Positions 49,622-59,679 of a stretch of DNA of 64,000 nucleotides are shown here, one piece after another. The stretch is from a virus (lineage: Duplodnaviria; Caudoviricetes). Every line of letters starts with the position of its first letter. Position 1 is the first letter of the stretch. A program made the translations under genes and the position numbers. Location: the IMG/VR virus record IMGVR_UViG_3300034053_000029, positions 32,001 through 96,000 of that record; one strand, 5' to 3'. The notes under the pieces were generated by a model. It did no database searches, was not told the DNA's origin, and saw only the letters and a list, made by a program, of their open reading frames with translations.

Positions 49622-50520
49622 AATTCTCCTATATGTTCAAACAACTGTTTGCATCTATGTGTAGATAGATAGCTCATGATTTTACTTTTTGAACCACTGA
49701 TTTCATATCCTATATATGTATCCACTATAGATTTCTCGATATCTGGTGGAATGAAATCAAAATCGATAAGAAGTTGATTTCGATTCCAATTTCTTTTTTC
49801 TTGATCAGTCACACAGGCATTTCTACCTTTTTCAAGAAACTTCTGCAGATACTCTTTTTTAATTGGAGTTTGTCTGATCTGTTCCGCAATGCAATTATCA
49901 TTACTCAATATATTGGGTATCGCATCGTCCGAGGCTTTTACGATGTGTTCAATAACAAATTCACGAAGCGGAACGTCTGGAGAAATATATTTACATTTTC
50001 GTGGTGCCCATTGCCTAATATTTTTATACTTCTGAAGCTGAAAGAAGTCCATATCCTCACTAACAATTAGAATGTCTTTTGGTTTATCCATCATCCCAAT
50101 CTGAGTAGTATAATTTTCCTGACTCCATTTGCATAATATCGCAATGATATCATCTGCCTCTGCTCTATCAACTTCAATAACTTTAAACCTGAAATTATCT
50201 TTAATATCTTGTTTAAGATTGTTCAATGTTTCGGATAAGAATTTCCAATCCACTTTGGATTTTTCACGGTTACGCTTTCGATCCCCTTTATAGAATGGGA
50301 ATACTTCTCGTCTCCAATAATTTCTACTATCACAACAAATTACTAGGTCGCCAAATTCTTTAAACTTCTTCTTGTATGAGACTATTGAAGATAAAACAAG
50401 ATGGCGAATAGCAGACTTATTATCGTCACTTTCAACAAGCGATTCCCCTGCAAAAGCAGAGAGAACCGCATTGATCGAAACCTGATTATAGTCAAATAAA
50501 ATAATTTTTGTTACTCCCAA
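49618..50520 (-). CDS. rnh: T4 RNase H (5'-3' exonuclease)
   Basis: FDYNQV, WRREVFPFYKG.R, EADDIIA, DMDFFQL, D.IPNI, RNQLLIDF. Confidence 0.92.
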   Translation of the reverse strand: MGVTKIILFDYNQVSINAVLSAFAGESLVESDDNKSAIRHLVLSSIVSYKKKFKEFGDLVICCDSRNYWRREVFPFYKGDRKRNREKSKVDWKFLSETLNNLKQDIKDNFRFKVIEVDRAEADDIIAILCKWSQENYTTQIGMMDKPKDILIVSEDMDFFQLQKYKNIRQWAPRKCKYISPDVPLREFVIEHIVKASDDAIPNILSNDNCIAEQIRQTPIKKEYLQKFLEKGRNACVTDQEKRNWNRNQLLIDFDFIPPDIEKSIVDTYIGYEISGSKSKIMSYLSTHRCKQLFEHIGEF

Positions 50521-51131
50521 ATCGAATCATTGAATTTTAAGATGCTCACCAAACTTCGACTTGAACATTTCAACATACGCATCTGCAAGTTGGGATGCAA
50601 TTGGCAACTGTTTAGCACTAACAATCTTACCACTAGTAATTTGTGCCACCATTGCTTCACGCCAAATCAAATCCAAATTGACTACAGGCTTATATGTTTC
50701 CTTAGCTTGCCACACACTAGGATTTGGATTTGATTTTTGTTCTGGATTACCTTTTGGTTCTTTATCAACTTCTGGTACATTTTTTAATGCAGCTAGGTTC
50801 GCTTTTCTAACTTCACGAGCTTTAGCTAGACCCTCAAGTTGCTTTTGCTTCCTCTCGTCGAACCTTGAGGTAAGCACATCGGTTGTTGCTTGAATCTTCA
50901 TTTCATCTGGATCAGTCATAATTTCCTCACGTTATTTGCTGCACACAATGGTATTTATTCATCTGTCTGAGTGAATGCATCCTTAGTTCTCTTGGTTCCC
51001 TTATTTCTAAAATAGGTAGACGAACTAGGATTCCACCAAGAGTTTTTCTTAGCCTTACAACGTGATCCATTGATGTTGAATGGTTGTGCTGCAGGATTTG
51101 ATGGGTGGTTCTTATATTGCATATATTCTCC

Positions 51132-51407
51132 TTATGCGTTTTGTACTGCGTCCCAAAGGGCAGAAAAGTCTTCAAACTCAACTTCTTTTTTCTCGAAGTC
51201 TGCACGATGTTGATGACGAATGAGTGCAGAGATTGTGGCTTTTGGAAGCTCGAACTCTTCGACGGCAGTTTCGATAATTGACTTTAGTTGATCTTTCTCA
51301 GAATCAATACGAAGAAGACAATCACACCCTTCTTGCACGAATCCCTTTAGCTTCTTCAGATCGGCAGGATTTGTTGGAATGATGATGGTTTTAGTTGCGT
51401 TTGTCAT
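51132..51407 (-). CDS. dsbA: T4 DsbA-like dsDNA-binding protein
   Basis: PTNPADLKKL... helical protein in the T4 gene order next to rnh. Confidence 0.72.
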   Translation of the reverse strand: MTNATKTIIIPTNPADLKKLKGFVQEGCDCLLRIDSEKDQLKSIIETAVEEFELPKATISALIRHQHRADFEKKEVEFEDFSALWDAVQNA

Positions 51408-51409
51408 AT

Positions 51410-51664
51410 TTAAATTGAACCTTTCACATAAAATTGGATAACAGAGTCTTTTCTAAAAGACCTCCATGCTTGCTTCTCTACATCAAAAACTCTAACTACT
51501 TCATCGGACAAGTGTCGCTTAGTTCCTTGTCCATCCTCATATTCTACTTTAGGAAGAACATCCTCGTCAAGAGTACAAACCATATTTCTTTTTGACCCAT
51601 CGACTTTCGTAAATTCAACACAAACTTCATTATTTTTCAGCAACTTAATCAAATCTTCAATCAT
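51410..51664 (-). CDS. WYL_2/DUF2693-like small protein
   Basis: VEFTKVDGSKRNMVCTL...VFDVEKQAWRSFR; start trimmed. Confidence 0.75.
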   Translation of the reverse strand: MIEDLIKLLKNNEVCVEFTKVDGSKRNMVCTLDEDVLPKVEYEDGQGTKRHLSDEVVRVFDVEKQAWRSFRKDSVIQFYVKGSI

Positions 51665-51692
51665 AAATACCTCACAAAGAAAAGGAACCCAC

Positions 51693-52142
51693 ATGTGGAA
51701 ATACAAAGGCAAAGAAATCACTGATGAAGACATTAAAGAATCTTATATCGGATTCATCTACCTCATTACTCAAAAATCTACTGGTAAAAAATACATCGGT
51801 AAAAAACTTCTAACTTCTGCTGCAACAAAAACTGTCAACGGAAAAAAGAAAAAGATCAGAAAACCTAGTGACTGGAAAAATTACTGGTCATCGTCACCAT
51901 CCATCAAAGAACTCATAGAGCAATGTGGAGAATCGGATTTTGACCGTGAAATCTTAGTGTTCTGTTCTAGCAAAGGATCACTCCTATATAACGAAGAAAT
52001 GGCACTATACATGGTTGGTGCATTAGAAGATGATGTATGGATAAACGCAAACATCCGTAGTAAAGTTTATTCTTCTTGGGTAAAGAAAGACGAATCAGTT
52101 GAACTAAGACAAACCATTAGGGCATTATCTATTTCAGCTTAG
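51693..52142 (+). CDS. Short GIY-YIG-type nuclease
   Basis: GFIYLIT...YIGKK, YWSSS; CATAAATA at 51662-51669. Confidence 0.8.
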   Translation: MWKYKGKEITDEDIKESYIGFIYLITQKSTGKKYIGKKLLTSAATKTVNGKKKKIRKPSDWKNYWSSSPSIKELIEQCGESDFDREILVFCSSKGSLLYNEEMALYMVGALEDDVWINANIRSKVYSSWVKKDESVELRQTIRALSISA

Positions 52143-52281
52143 TCATCTTCAAACTCATTTGATTCTTCTTGAGCTAGTTCTGCTCCGCATGACGGACAAT
52201 AAGTTACGTCAAATCCTTTTGGCATATTAATCGTAAAATTAGCATCACACTCATAACACAAATATTCTCTTTTTGGCATTT

Positions 52282-52581
52282 CTAGTCTCCGTTAACAAAC
52301 ACATTGGGTGATCCATTAGCGGCAACTTCATCACAACTAATACTATCTCCTGCCCTATGGATTGGTGTGTTATTTATAAGAACATTTGGTGAACCGCTAG
52401 TAGCAGTTTCTTTAGTTTCTGGATCATGATCTGTGATGTGATCGACGTATTCGTTACCAACAATAACTGCAAGTATTCCATTAACATATACGTTAGATGA
52501 ATTTCCTTGTGATGTTACTCTTGGTTCAAATGGATCATGCCCAGCCGACTCATCTACACCTTGTCTAATTACTTTTGGCAC
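52282..52581 (-). CDS. PAAR protein (T4 gp5.4-like spike tip)
   Basis: HDPF, NVYVNG, GSPNVLIN, HRAGD, GSPNVFVNG. Confidence 0.88.
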   Translation of the reverse strand: MPKVIRQGVDESAGHDPFEPRVTSQGNSSNVYVNGILAVIVGNEYVDHITDHDPETKETATSGSPNVLINNTPIHRAGDSISCDEVAANGSPNVFVNGD

Positions 52582-52805
52582 GTTTAACCTCTATCCATAG
52601 CATCGTATTTTCCATCACCAAATAAGAGAATATAGCAAGTAAACTTGTTTCTTTATCACAATCTGATAAATTTTCACTATTTATGATATTTTGATATTGT
52701 TCAATTGCTCCTAGAATCGCTACTTGCTTAACAGAATCATAATTAAATGACTCGAAATCAATTGGCTTTTCCAAGGCAATTTCATCTACCAATTCGGAGA
52801 TATAT

Positions 52806-53435
52806 TCAATCTTCATTTGATTTTAGCTTCTTTTTTGAAATAATCATATGCTTATTTCTTGTAGATTCATCATATTTTTCTTCTGAAAATGATTTTGATA
52901 AGTGATCTTCCATAACTTCATGAGTAGTCTTATGTAACTTATTACCATCCCAATGATATACATGATGTCCGGAATCTAATGCACGTTTAACTATCCTATG
53001 CCAAAGTTTATGTCCCTCGGTATATTGTTCATCTGACGAACGTAATGGATTCTTGCTTTTCAAAAAATGATTCCAGATAACATTTGTTGCATGTCCTTTT
53101 GGTAAATCAGAATTATCTTTTGTGTGTTGTCTACTTACTTGTTTTTGTTGATCGTGTTTATATGGAAACTCTTTAGTTGGTTCAACTTCGTTCACCGCAG
53201 TTTGATGTAATGCTTCTTTTTTGTTATGGTCTAACGTAGTGTATGTAGTCGAAGAATTGTCACCAAACTTAGATTTATCGATATGAACCTTGATATTGTC
53301 TGTAATGTTTTCGTGTTGCTTATCTTTTTTATGCCTATCATACAATACCAACCTATTTGGTTTACTATCAAATAACGAATACGGTCTACCTATATTGACT
53401 GCCATCTCTTTTATTAATTGTAAATATGATTTCAT
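52806..53435 (-). CDS. Putative capsid-targeted protein, GNAT-like
   Basis: MKSYLQLIKE; KGHAT...SSDEQYTEGHKLW. Confidence 0.6.
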   Translation of the reverse strand: MKSYLQLIKEMAVNIGRPYSLFDSKPNRLVLYDRHKKDKQHENITDNIKVHIDKSKFGDNSSTTYTTLDHNKKEALHQTAVNEVEPTKEFPYKHDQQKQVSRQHTKDNSDLPKGHATNVIWNHFLKSKNPLRSSDEQYTEGHKLWHRIVKRALDSGHHVYHWDGNKLHKTTHEVMEDHLSKSFSEEKYDESTRNKHMIISKKKLKSNED

Positions 53436-53730
53436 ATTGAAACACTTTCCCCGTTAGTTGATATTGATATCGATTTTATTTCATTATTTTCATAATGTAT
53501 CAAATATTTAACACCATTTCTTTCAAATTCTAACCCATTCATCATATCAAAATAAAAGAAACCACGATCTAATATTTTATATAGGGACGAATTTATATTC
53601 TTGTTAGATAAATCTAATGTTTTAATAGCAGAGAGTATGAGATTTACATAACTAGAATCTATAATGTCTAAAAAAGGAATCATGGACATTATAGATTCTT
53701 GGTCGAACTTGCCGTTAATTACGGAGTCTT

Positions 53731-53955
53731 TCATGCTTCTAGCAATAGCTTAGAAATATTTTCCACGCCACCTTGAATCAACATTCCATCTTGGTAGAAT
53801 TGTGGAACTGATCTATGACCTTCGGACAAAAGAAACTCTCTAGCAGAAAGAGTTTCATCTATCTTTATTTCGTTAAATTGGATGTTCTTAGAACGTAGTA
53901 TCATTTTCGCACTATCACATGCAGGACAATTGTTTTTTGAATATACTGTAATCAT
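53731..53955 (-). CDS. Glutaredoxin (NrdC/NrdH-like)
   Basis: CPAC, SVPQF, IQGG. Confidence 0.9.
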   Translation of the reverse strand: MITVYSKNNCPACDSAKMILRSKNIQFNEIKIDETLSAREFLLSEGHRSVPQFYQDGMLIQGGVENISKLLLEA

Positions 53956-53980
53956 ATTTTTCTCCTTAAAATAAAAATCA

Positions 53981-54038
53981 TATAAATATACTTGTGGATC
54001 ACGGTTCTGTCAAACCCATCCACTCTAGACATTCTACA
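53981..54038 (+). promoter_or_regulatory. Late promoter plus structured leader, family A copy 4
   Basis: TATAAATA 53981-53988; GTGGAT-CAC-GGTT-CTGTCA-AACC-C-ATCCAC-TCTAGA at 53994-54029. Confidence 0.75.
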
Positions 54039-54053
54039 TTGAAAGGAACCAAT

Positions 54054-54839
54054 ATGTCCAGCGAAACTATTTATACATCAGAAAAAATTCTCCCATACGT
54101 CTATATTTGTATCCACAAAACCACCGAAGAGTTTTATATCGGATATAGAAGTGCAAATAAAGTTCCATCTAGCGAAGATTTGGGTAAAGTATACTTTACT
54201 AGCTCGAAACGAGTAAAACCAATATTCGAAGAATTTAATTTTTACATTATAGCAGAATTTTTTGATTCTAACGATGCATATAACCACGAACAAACTTTAA
54301 TAAAAGATCATTTTAATGATGCTCTATGTATAAATCAACACTACATTTCTCCAGACAATTTTTACGGTAAATTTAATCCAGGAACAACAAAAATAAGTAG
54401 AGAAAAAGCAAAAAGTAGAATGTTGTCTGAACACAATCCTTGTTACAACCAATCAAAAGAAACTAAGAATAAATTATCTAGTATTGTTTCGCTCAGAAAT
54501 TCAAAATTAACATCGGATGAAAAGAAACTAAAGTACGGCAATTATGCCGAAACCAATGGATTCTACAAAAAGAAGCATTCAGAAGACACAATTTTGATAT
54601 TAAGAGAGAAAAACACTAGATACGAATACAAATTAATTTCACCATCAGGAGAAATTTTTACAACATTATCTCTTAAAAACTTTTGCAATGAACATAATTT
54701 AAATAGACAGAGTTTAAATAGATTTATGAATAAAGGAAAAGTACCACCAGCTAGAATTGACGCAAAAGAACAAAGAATCAACACAAGCGGGTGGGAAGTA
54801 TGCATATTAAATGAGACACCCACCCGCCATGCAAGATAG
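54054..54839 (+). CDS. Seg-like GIY-YIG homing endonuclease
   Basis: PYVYIC...FYIGYR, YFTSS; starts MSSETIY; 3' end overlaps nrdJ. Confidence 0.85.
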   Translation: MSSETIYTSEKILPYVYICIHKTTEEFYIGYRSANKVPSSEDLGKVYFTSSKRVKPIFEEFNFYIIAEFFDSNDAYNHEQTLIKDHFNDALCINQHYISPDNFYGKFNPGTTKISREKAKSRMLSEHNPCYNQSKETKNKLSSIVSLRNSKLTSDEKKLKYGNYAETNGFYKKKHSEDTILILREKNTRYEYKLISPSGEIFTTLSLKNFCNEHNLNRQSLNRFMNKGKVPPARIDAKEQRINTSGWEVCILNETPTRHAR

Positions 54840-56684
54840 CGTTTGAGCGCCAACAGTTTGATCATCCAATTCGAAAAATTTACTCCAATCGATGTCTGGA
54901 GTTTTTGTCATCATTTCGTTATATTGTTCTTCAGTAACTTCTTGGAATGGTGCTTGAACATAACTATGATTTGTATGCGGTAGGAATGACACACCACTAA
55001 CCTCATCAAAATTCTTATACGTCCATGCACCAACCTCAAGCCACTCATGTTCCTTGACGTAGATCGTCACTGAAGGTTTATGCTCACACCAATGTCTCTG
55101 GAACATTAACCAATGATCTAATTGCTGAATTGCGGTTCTATCGTCACGGAAAACCGCATCTTTTGGTGACTTTTCAGGGAAATAAAACACGGTGGTATTA
55201 TCCGGTTTCATTACGTCTGCTTCATGATACACACCTTGCTCGATTAGGAATTTTGTTAATGGGTCTTTGTTGTCCTGACGAATCGTTCTAAAATAAAATG
55301 GAGCATACCTAGAATGAAGACCACCTGTTCCTGCATCAACCAATTGTGTGCTTGATCCCTCTGGTTTTACACAAGTAATAGCGCAACTAGGCTTAATATC
55401 AAGTTTTTCTGCCCACTCTTCATTTACTTTTCTTGCATGGACACGAAGTTCATCAAGCATGTCCTCTGCCTCTTTGCATACTTTATTCAGAATAGGATGA
55501 TCCATGATTCCAGTCATCGAAACTCCAAGAAGTCTTTCTTCTTCAGTATTCTTTTTCCATTCTTCTGATAAGAATTGAAAATCAGTTAACGACGATTGGA
55601 AAGTCCCTAGAATAGTAGCAACACCAATTTTTCTCTTCAGAGTTTCTAGAGTATCTGTTGCTCTCACGGTAATCGTACTCAAATTACAAAATTGCTTATC
55701 ACGAAGAATAATTTCGGAACATGGGTTTGTTCCATAATTCATATCTAATGCTCGTAGCCCATACTTTGCCGCTTGCTTTTGAGCAGCAACTCGACTGAAA
55801 ATCCCACGCTCTCCAGACTTTGATTTAATCAGAGACAACCACTCTTCCATGAATGTTTCAATTTCTGGTTTCTCGGTATATACAGCACTATTATTTGCCA
55901 AAGCACGTTGTGGCTGAGACTCCCACCACGCACCGATCTTGGCATGGCGCATACGATCATCTGATAGATTTGACAGAGAGATTAATGCTGAACGACGTAC
56001 TCCACCAACAACGACAACTTCACCAATCTTACACATTATGTCATGGACTTCGATGGAAGTCAACTTTCTTCCTAGTGATTGATTGAACACATGAATACTA
56101 AAATCGAATAATTCTTTCAATGGCCCAGGGCCACTAGCACGACCACCAAATGTTTTTAATCTAGCACCTGCAGGTCGAAGTTTTGAATAATCAATCTTAG
56201 GAATGTCACCGTCATATAGGGACGAAATCAATTTCTTATACGCTTTTGCCCAACCAATTTTTGAATCATCCACGACAATCATATTATCGGTTTGCTTCAA
56301 TTGATCTGGAACTACTGGAAGTCTAGCAATTTCTTGACGCTCACATGAAAACCCTACACCAGTACCATTCATGAGAATGTATAACGCTTCACTAAAAGAA
56401 CGCTTATTGTTGATAGCAATATACGAACAATTATATGCAGAAATATTATCACGCTCAACCGCTTTACCTGCAGTCATCAATAATCGAAGTGACGGAAGAA
56501 CTTCCAAATTGGATATCTCATTATACACTTCAGAATATGGGAAAACCTCACCAAACTTACTCTTCCAATAATCACAATATCGACTAACAGTTTCTTCCCA
56601 CGTTTCACGCCTCTTTTGATCATCTAGATATCGTGCGTATCTAGATTTATGCATAAACTCTTGTTTCGTTGTCATTGTTACCAT
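54807..56684 (-). CDS. nrdJ: Class II (B12-dependent) ribonucleotide reductase
   Basis: YNCSY, VVGGVRRSA, TNPCSEI, CNLS, TCVKPEG, C-terminal CxxxxC. Confidence 0.92.
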   Translation of the reverse strand: MVTMTTKQEFMHKSRYARYLDDQKRRETWEETVSRYCDYWKSKFGEVFPYSEVYNEISNLEVLPSLRLLMTAGKAVERDNISAYNCSYIAINNKRSFSEALYILMNGTGVGFSCERQEIARLPVVPDQLKQTDNMIVVDDSKIGWAKAYKKLISSLYDGDIPKIDYSKLRPAGARLKTFGGRASGPGPLKELFDFSIHVFNQSLGRKLTSIEVHDIMCKIGEVVVVGGVRRSALISLSNLSDDRMRHAKIGAWWESQPQRALANNSAVYTEKPEIETFMEEWLSLIKSKSGERGIFSRVAAQKQAAKYGLRALDMNYGTNPCSEIILRDKQFCNLSTITVRATDTLETLKRKIGVATILGTFQSSLTDFQFLSEEWKKNTEEERLLGVSMTGIMDHPILNKVCKEAEDMLDELRVHARKVNEEWAEKLDIKPSCAITCVKPEGSSTQLVDAGTGGLHSRYAPFYFRTIRQDNKDPLTKFLIEQGVYHEADVMKPDNTTVFYFPEKSPKDAVFRDDRTAIQQLDHWLMFQRHWCEHKPSVTIYVKEHEWLEVGAWTYKNFDEVSGVSFLPHTNHSYVQAPFQEVTEEQYNEMMTKTPDIDWSKFFELDDQTVGAQTLSCMAGGCLI

Positions 56685-56693
56685 ACAATCTCC

Positions 56694-57137
56694 TTACTTA
56701 TTTGTTGAACCGAATCCACCCTCACCACGTTCAGTTTTTGATAGTACATTTTTATCATATACTTGATACCAAGAGAATTTTGGTGGTTGATACAACGTAA
56801 TTTGTGCAATTTTATCCAATTTCTTAATGCGATACGGGATATTTCCTGTATTCCAAACGAGTACACCGAGTTGTCCACGATAATCGTGATCAATCTTACC
56901 TACACTGTTTGCAATTCTAATTGGAGTCTTTAACGAAAGACCTGATCTTGGGAACACTAAAATTTCATATCCATCTGGAATTTCAAAATATAATCCTGTT
57001 GGAACAACTTGTGTCTCCCCTGCCGGAATATCAATATCAACACTAGACATCACATCCATGCCTGTAGAACCTAAAGTCTCATACTTTGGTAGTGGCATTT
57101 CTGTCTCATTAAATACTTTAACCTCAACACTTCTCAT
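56694..57137 (-). CDS. dut: dUTPase
   Basis: GMDV, VPTGL, PRSGLS, GKIDHDYRG, RGEGGFGST. Confidence 0.95.
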   Translation of the reverse strand: MRSVEVKVFNETEMPLPKYETLGSTGMDVMSSVDIDIPAGETQVVPTGLYFEIPDGYEILVFPRSGLSLKTPIRIANSVGKIDHDYRGQLGVLVWNTGNIPYRIKKLDKIAQITLYQPPKFSWYQVYDKNVLSKTERGEGGFGSTNK

Positions 57138-57166
57138 AATGTATCCTTTCTCAATTGGTGTCTTAT

Positions 57167-57730
57167 TTATACAATCTTGTTTTTCAAATCGTAGTAGTAA
57201 TACAAGAAATTTTCATATGCTTCTATGCTAGAAACTGGTCGCTCAAACTCTTGTAATTTTTTAAATGAGACCTTTGGCAAGTCCCATTCTGACCCTCTGC
57301 TATACATGAAATTATACGCCTCAACTGCCCTCTGAATCAAGTCTGCTTCATGGACTTTTTCGGCATCTTCCTTAGATGGAAGAGGAATGGTCAATGCTTC
57401 GTAAATCTTATCCACTAGTCGACTCTCGACCTTTTTAATCTCTTCTCTCAAACTTGGAATGTGTTTGATTGGTGAAGGGATATCTCCTATATATGCCTCT
57501 CCTGCATCATGAAGCAATCCATGCATTTGCATGATAGGTGTATTGACTGAGAACTCTCGCATGACTTGAATAGAATGTTGGGCAACCGAATAAGGAATAC
57601 TTGGTATGGTTGCCCCACAGAATCTAGGCAGTCTGGATAAATGCCATGCGATATCTTCGATATCAATGTCCTTAATATCTGGATCAAGGACATTGATTTT
57701 TCGACCACTTACGGTTTCAAGTGTTGACAT
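57167..57730 (-). CDS. HD-domain 5'-deoxynucleotidase (YfbR-like)
   Basis: RFCG, YSVAQHS, LLHDAGEAYIGD. Confidence 0.88.
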   Translation of the reverse strand: MSTLETVSGRKINVLDPDIKDIDIEDIAWHLSRLPRFCGATIPSIPYSVAQHSIQVMREFSVNTPIMQMHGLLHDAGEAYIGDIPSPIKHIPSLREEIKKVESRLVDKIYEALTIPLPSKEDAEKVHEADLIQRAVEAYNFMYSRGSEWDLPKVSFKKLQEFERPVSSIEAYENFLYYYYDLKNKIV

Positions 57731-58389
57731 TAGTCAGTCAGAACCTCTTCAAGTGATGGGAATTCGGCAAGGATAACCTTCCATGCCTTATCTGCAATGT
57801 CCATGTGTTCTTTTTGAGTTCCATTTGAACGACGTAGATCGCAGTAATGTAGCCATGAACGCAAAGTACCTGCCATATACATTGTACTTTGAGTCATACC
57901 TTCTGGAAGCAATACTCTTGCTTGTTCCTTAGCAATACCCATTTCCAGTGCATTCTTATAATGCGAACCACATATTTGTTGCACATCTTTTTGCATTGCT
58001 TCCCATGCAGCATGCATCTTTGAATCTGGATCAATGGTGATGCTGTTTTGACGATTCTTTTGATCTTGCAAACGTGCTTCTCTTGTTTCAAACTGATCCG
58101 TAACAGCAGCATATCGTTGGCTAAACTCTTGGAATGAAAACGAACGATGACGTAGAATCTGTCGACCAATGTCCCTAGTGGTTTTAATTTCAAGTGTCAG
58201 TGAGACCATTTCAAATGGACTCCAATGACTATGTTTTGCCAAGTACTTCAGTAACTTTGGTGCAGTTGAATTATTGATCTGATTTCCAGGGTTAGATACT
58301 CTTGCTGCATAAGCAATGAATTGCTCTGCAGTATTTACCCCTTCAATACCGACAGGATGTGTGATTGCAACTAACTTAACTTCACTCAT
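57730..58389 (-). CDS. thyX: Flavin-dependent thymidylate synthase
   Basis: HWSPFE, RHRSFSFQEFSQRY, EQAR..LP, QKEH. Confidence 0.95.
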   Translation of the reverse strand: MSEVKLVAITHPVGIEGVNTAEQFIAYAARVSNPGNQINNSTAPKLLKYLAKHSHWSPFEMVSLTLEIKTTRDIGRQILRHRSFSFQEFSQRYAAVTDQFETREARLQDQKNRQNSITIDPDSKMHAAWEAMQKDVQQICGSHYKNALEMGIAKEQARVLLPEGMTQSTMYMAGTLRSWLHYCDLRRSNGTQKEHMDIADKAWKVILAEFPSLEEVLTD

Positions 58390-58607
58390 AACGATCTTCC
58401 GATGCTGACACGAAATTTCCTTCTTTGTTGACTACACCAATTTGTGCTTCATGGTCGAATACAAAACCACAACCCTTCAGAAAATCGAAGAACTTCCACA
58501 TAGGGCCATCATATCCACTCCATGTATCACTCTCGGTCTCAAATTGAACGACAGTTTTAGTTTGATCATCGTCATCAAAACATTCAAACGAATACACCTT
58601 TGCCATA

Positions 58608-59624
58608 TTAACTCCTTTTCCACTTGTTTAATTTCATAATACCGGATGCTCCTTGATATGTGTTTTCATCAATCATCTTCACCAGAGCATCAGGCATCAT
58701 ACCATGTTGTAACGCCTCGTTCAAGTCCTTATGAAAATAAGTTTCTGGTGGTATGAATACCGACTTGCCAGATCGTAACGCATCACCAATCATCTTCACA
58801 ATTTCTTTATTTCTTCTTTCATTATCCCACACAAACACAACCTTTTTACTAGAATCATCAAAAGTTGTCAATGCACTAGAACCAACTGCAACGCAATTCG
58901 GAATGCATAGGCTATCTATTGGACCTTCGACACAATAAATTTTCTTAATAGTATCGACCCTATCCATACCAAATACTTTGTCGTAATGCTCGTCTAGGAG
59001 TATCGTGTAGTATTTCGGGTCTTCGCCATTAATCGATCTTGCTTGATACCCAAATATTTCTTTATTCTCATTCAACCACGGAATGATTATTCTAGGATGA
59101 TCCCTTGATCCTTCTTTATATTCGAATTTATCTGTATTTGAAGATGCCCATTTAAAAAATGACTCAGCATAATAAAACATCTGATTATGTTTCTCAGGGA
59201 GCTTCCTAGACATGATGTACTGTTTTGCAATATGGTCATCATCCAACTCGATGACCTTTGGTAAATCATCCAAAATAGATTTCTTTTTGGTTGATTGTTT
59301 CGGTATCACTATTTTCTTTGGTTGGACTCTTTCTTGCCTATCCGAACCTTGATATTTTTCCATCACAAATTGCTTAAAAACAAACGGATCAAATTGTTTT
59401 AGGAAATTGTAGAATGATGCGGCATATGAACAATTATGACAATAGAAAAATAGCGAACCTTCCTTCTCAAGAAAGTAACCACGACGTTTTCTTTTATTTG
59501 ATTGAGAGTCACCACATTGAGGACATTTACAAATGCTCATATGTGGTGATACCTTCTTCTCTGTCCATAGAGACAGTCTAGATGATATTTGTTTTAAGTA
59601 TTTGATTTCTAACCAAGCTGACAT
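58608..59624 (-). CDS. DNA primase (T4 gp61-like)
   Basis: CPQCGDS...CHNC Zn finger, YQARS, VEGPIDS, WDNE, KDLN. Confidence 0.92.
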   Translation of the reverse strand: MSAWLEIKYLKQISSRLSLWTEKKVSPHMSICKCPQCGDSQSNKRKRRGYFLEKEGSLFFYCHNCSYAASFYNFLKQFDPFVFKQFVMEKYQGSDRQERVQPKKIVIPKQSTKKKSILDDLPKVIELDDDHIAKQYIMSRKLPEKHNQMFYYAESFFKWASSNTDKFEYKEGSRDHPRIIIPWLNENKEIFGYQARSINGEDPKYYTILLDEHYDKVFGMDRVDTIKKIYCVEGPIDSLCIPNCVAVGSSALTTFDDSSKKVVFVWDNERRNKEIVKMIGDALRSGKSVFIPPETYFHKDLNEALQHGMMPDALVKMIDENTYQGASGIMKLNKWKRS

Positions 59625-59679
59625 GATCCCTCACCTTTAAGATGAGTTATTATCACACGAAAGCTGACCTAATTCAAGC

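Noticed and set aside
50927-51205. 92-aa ORF between 50527 and dsbA
   Set aside because: It overlaps the dsbA 3' end by 74 nt and has no recognisable features
18818-54053. N-terminal extensions of the endonuclease ORFs (18818, 30414, 32207, 53994, 36256)
   Set aside because: The extensions are translations of the structured leader; RBS-supported starts lie at 18884, 30441, 32276, 54054 and 36229
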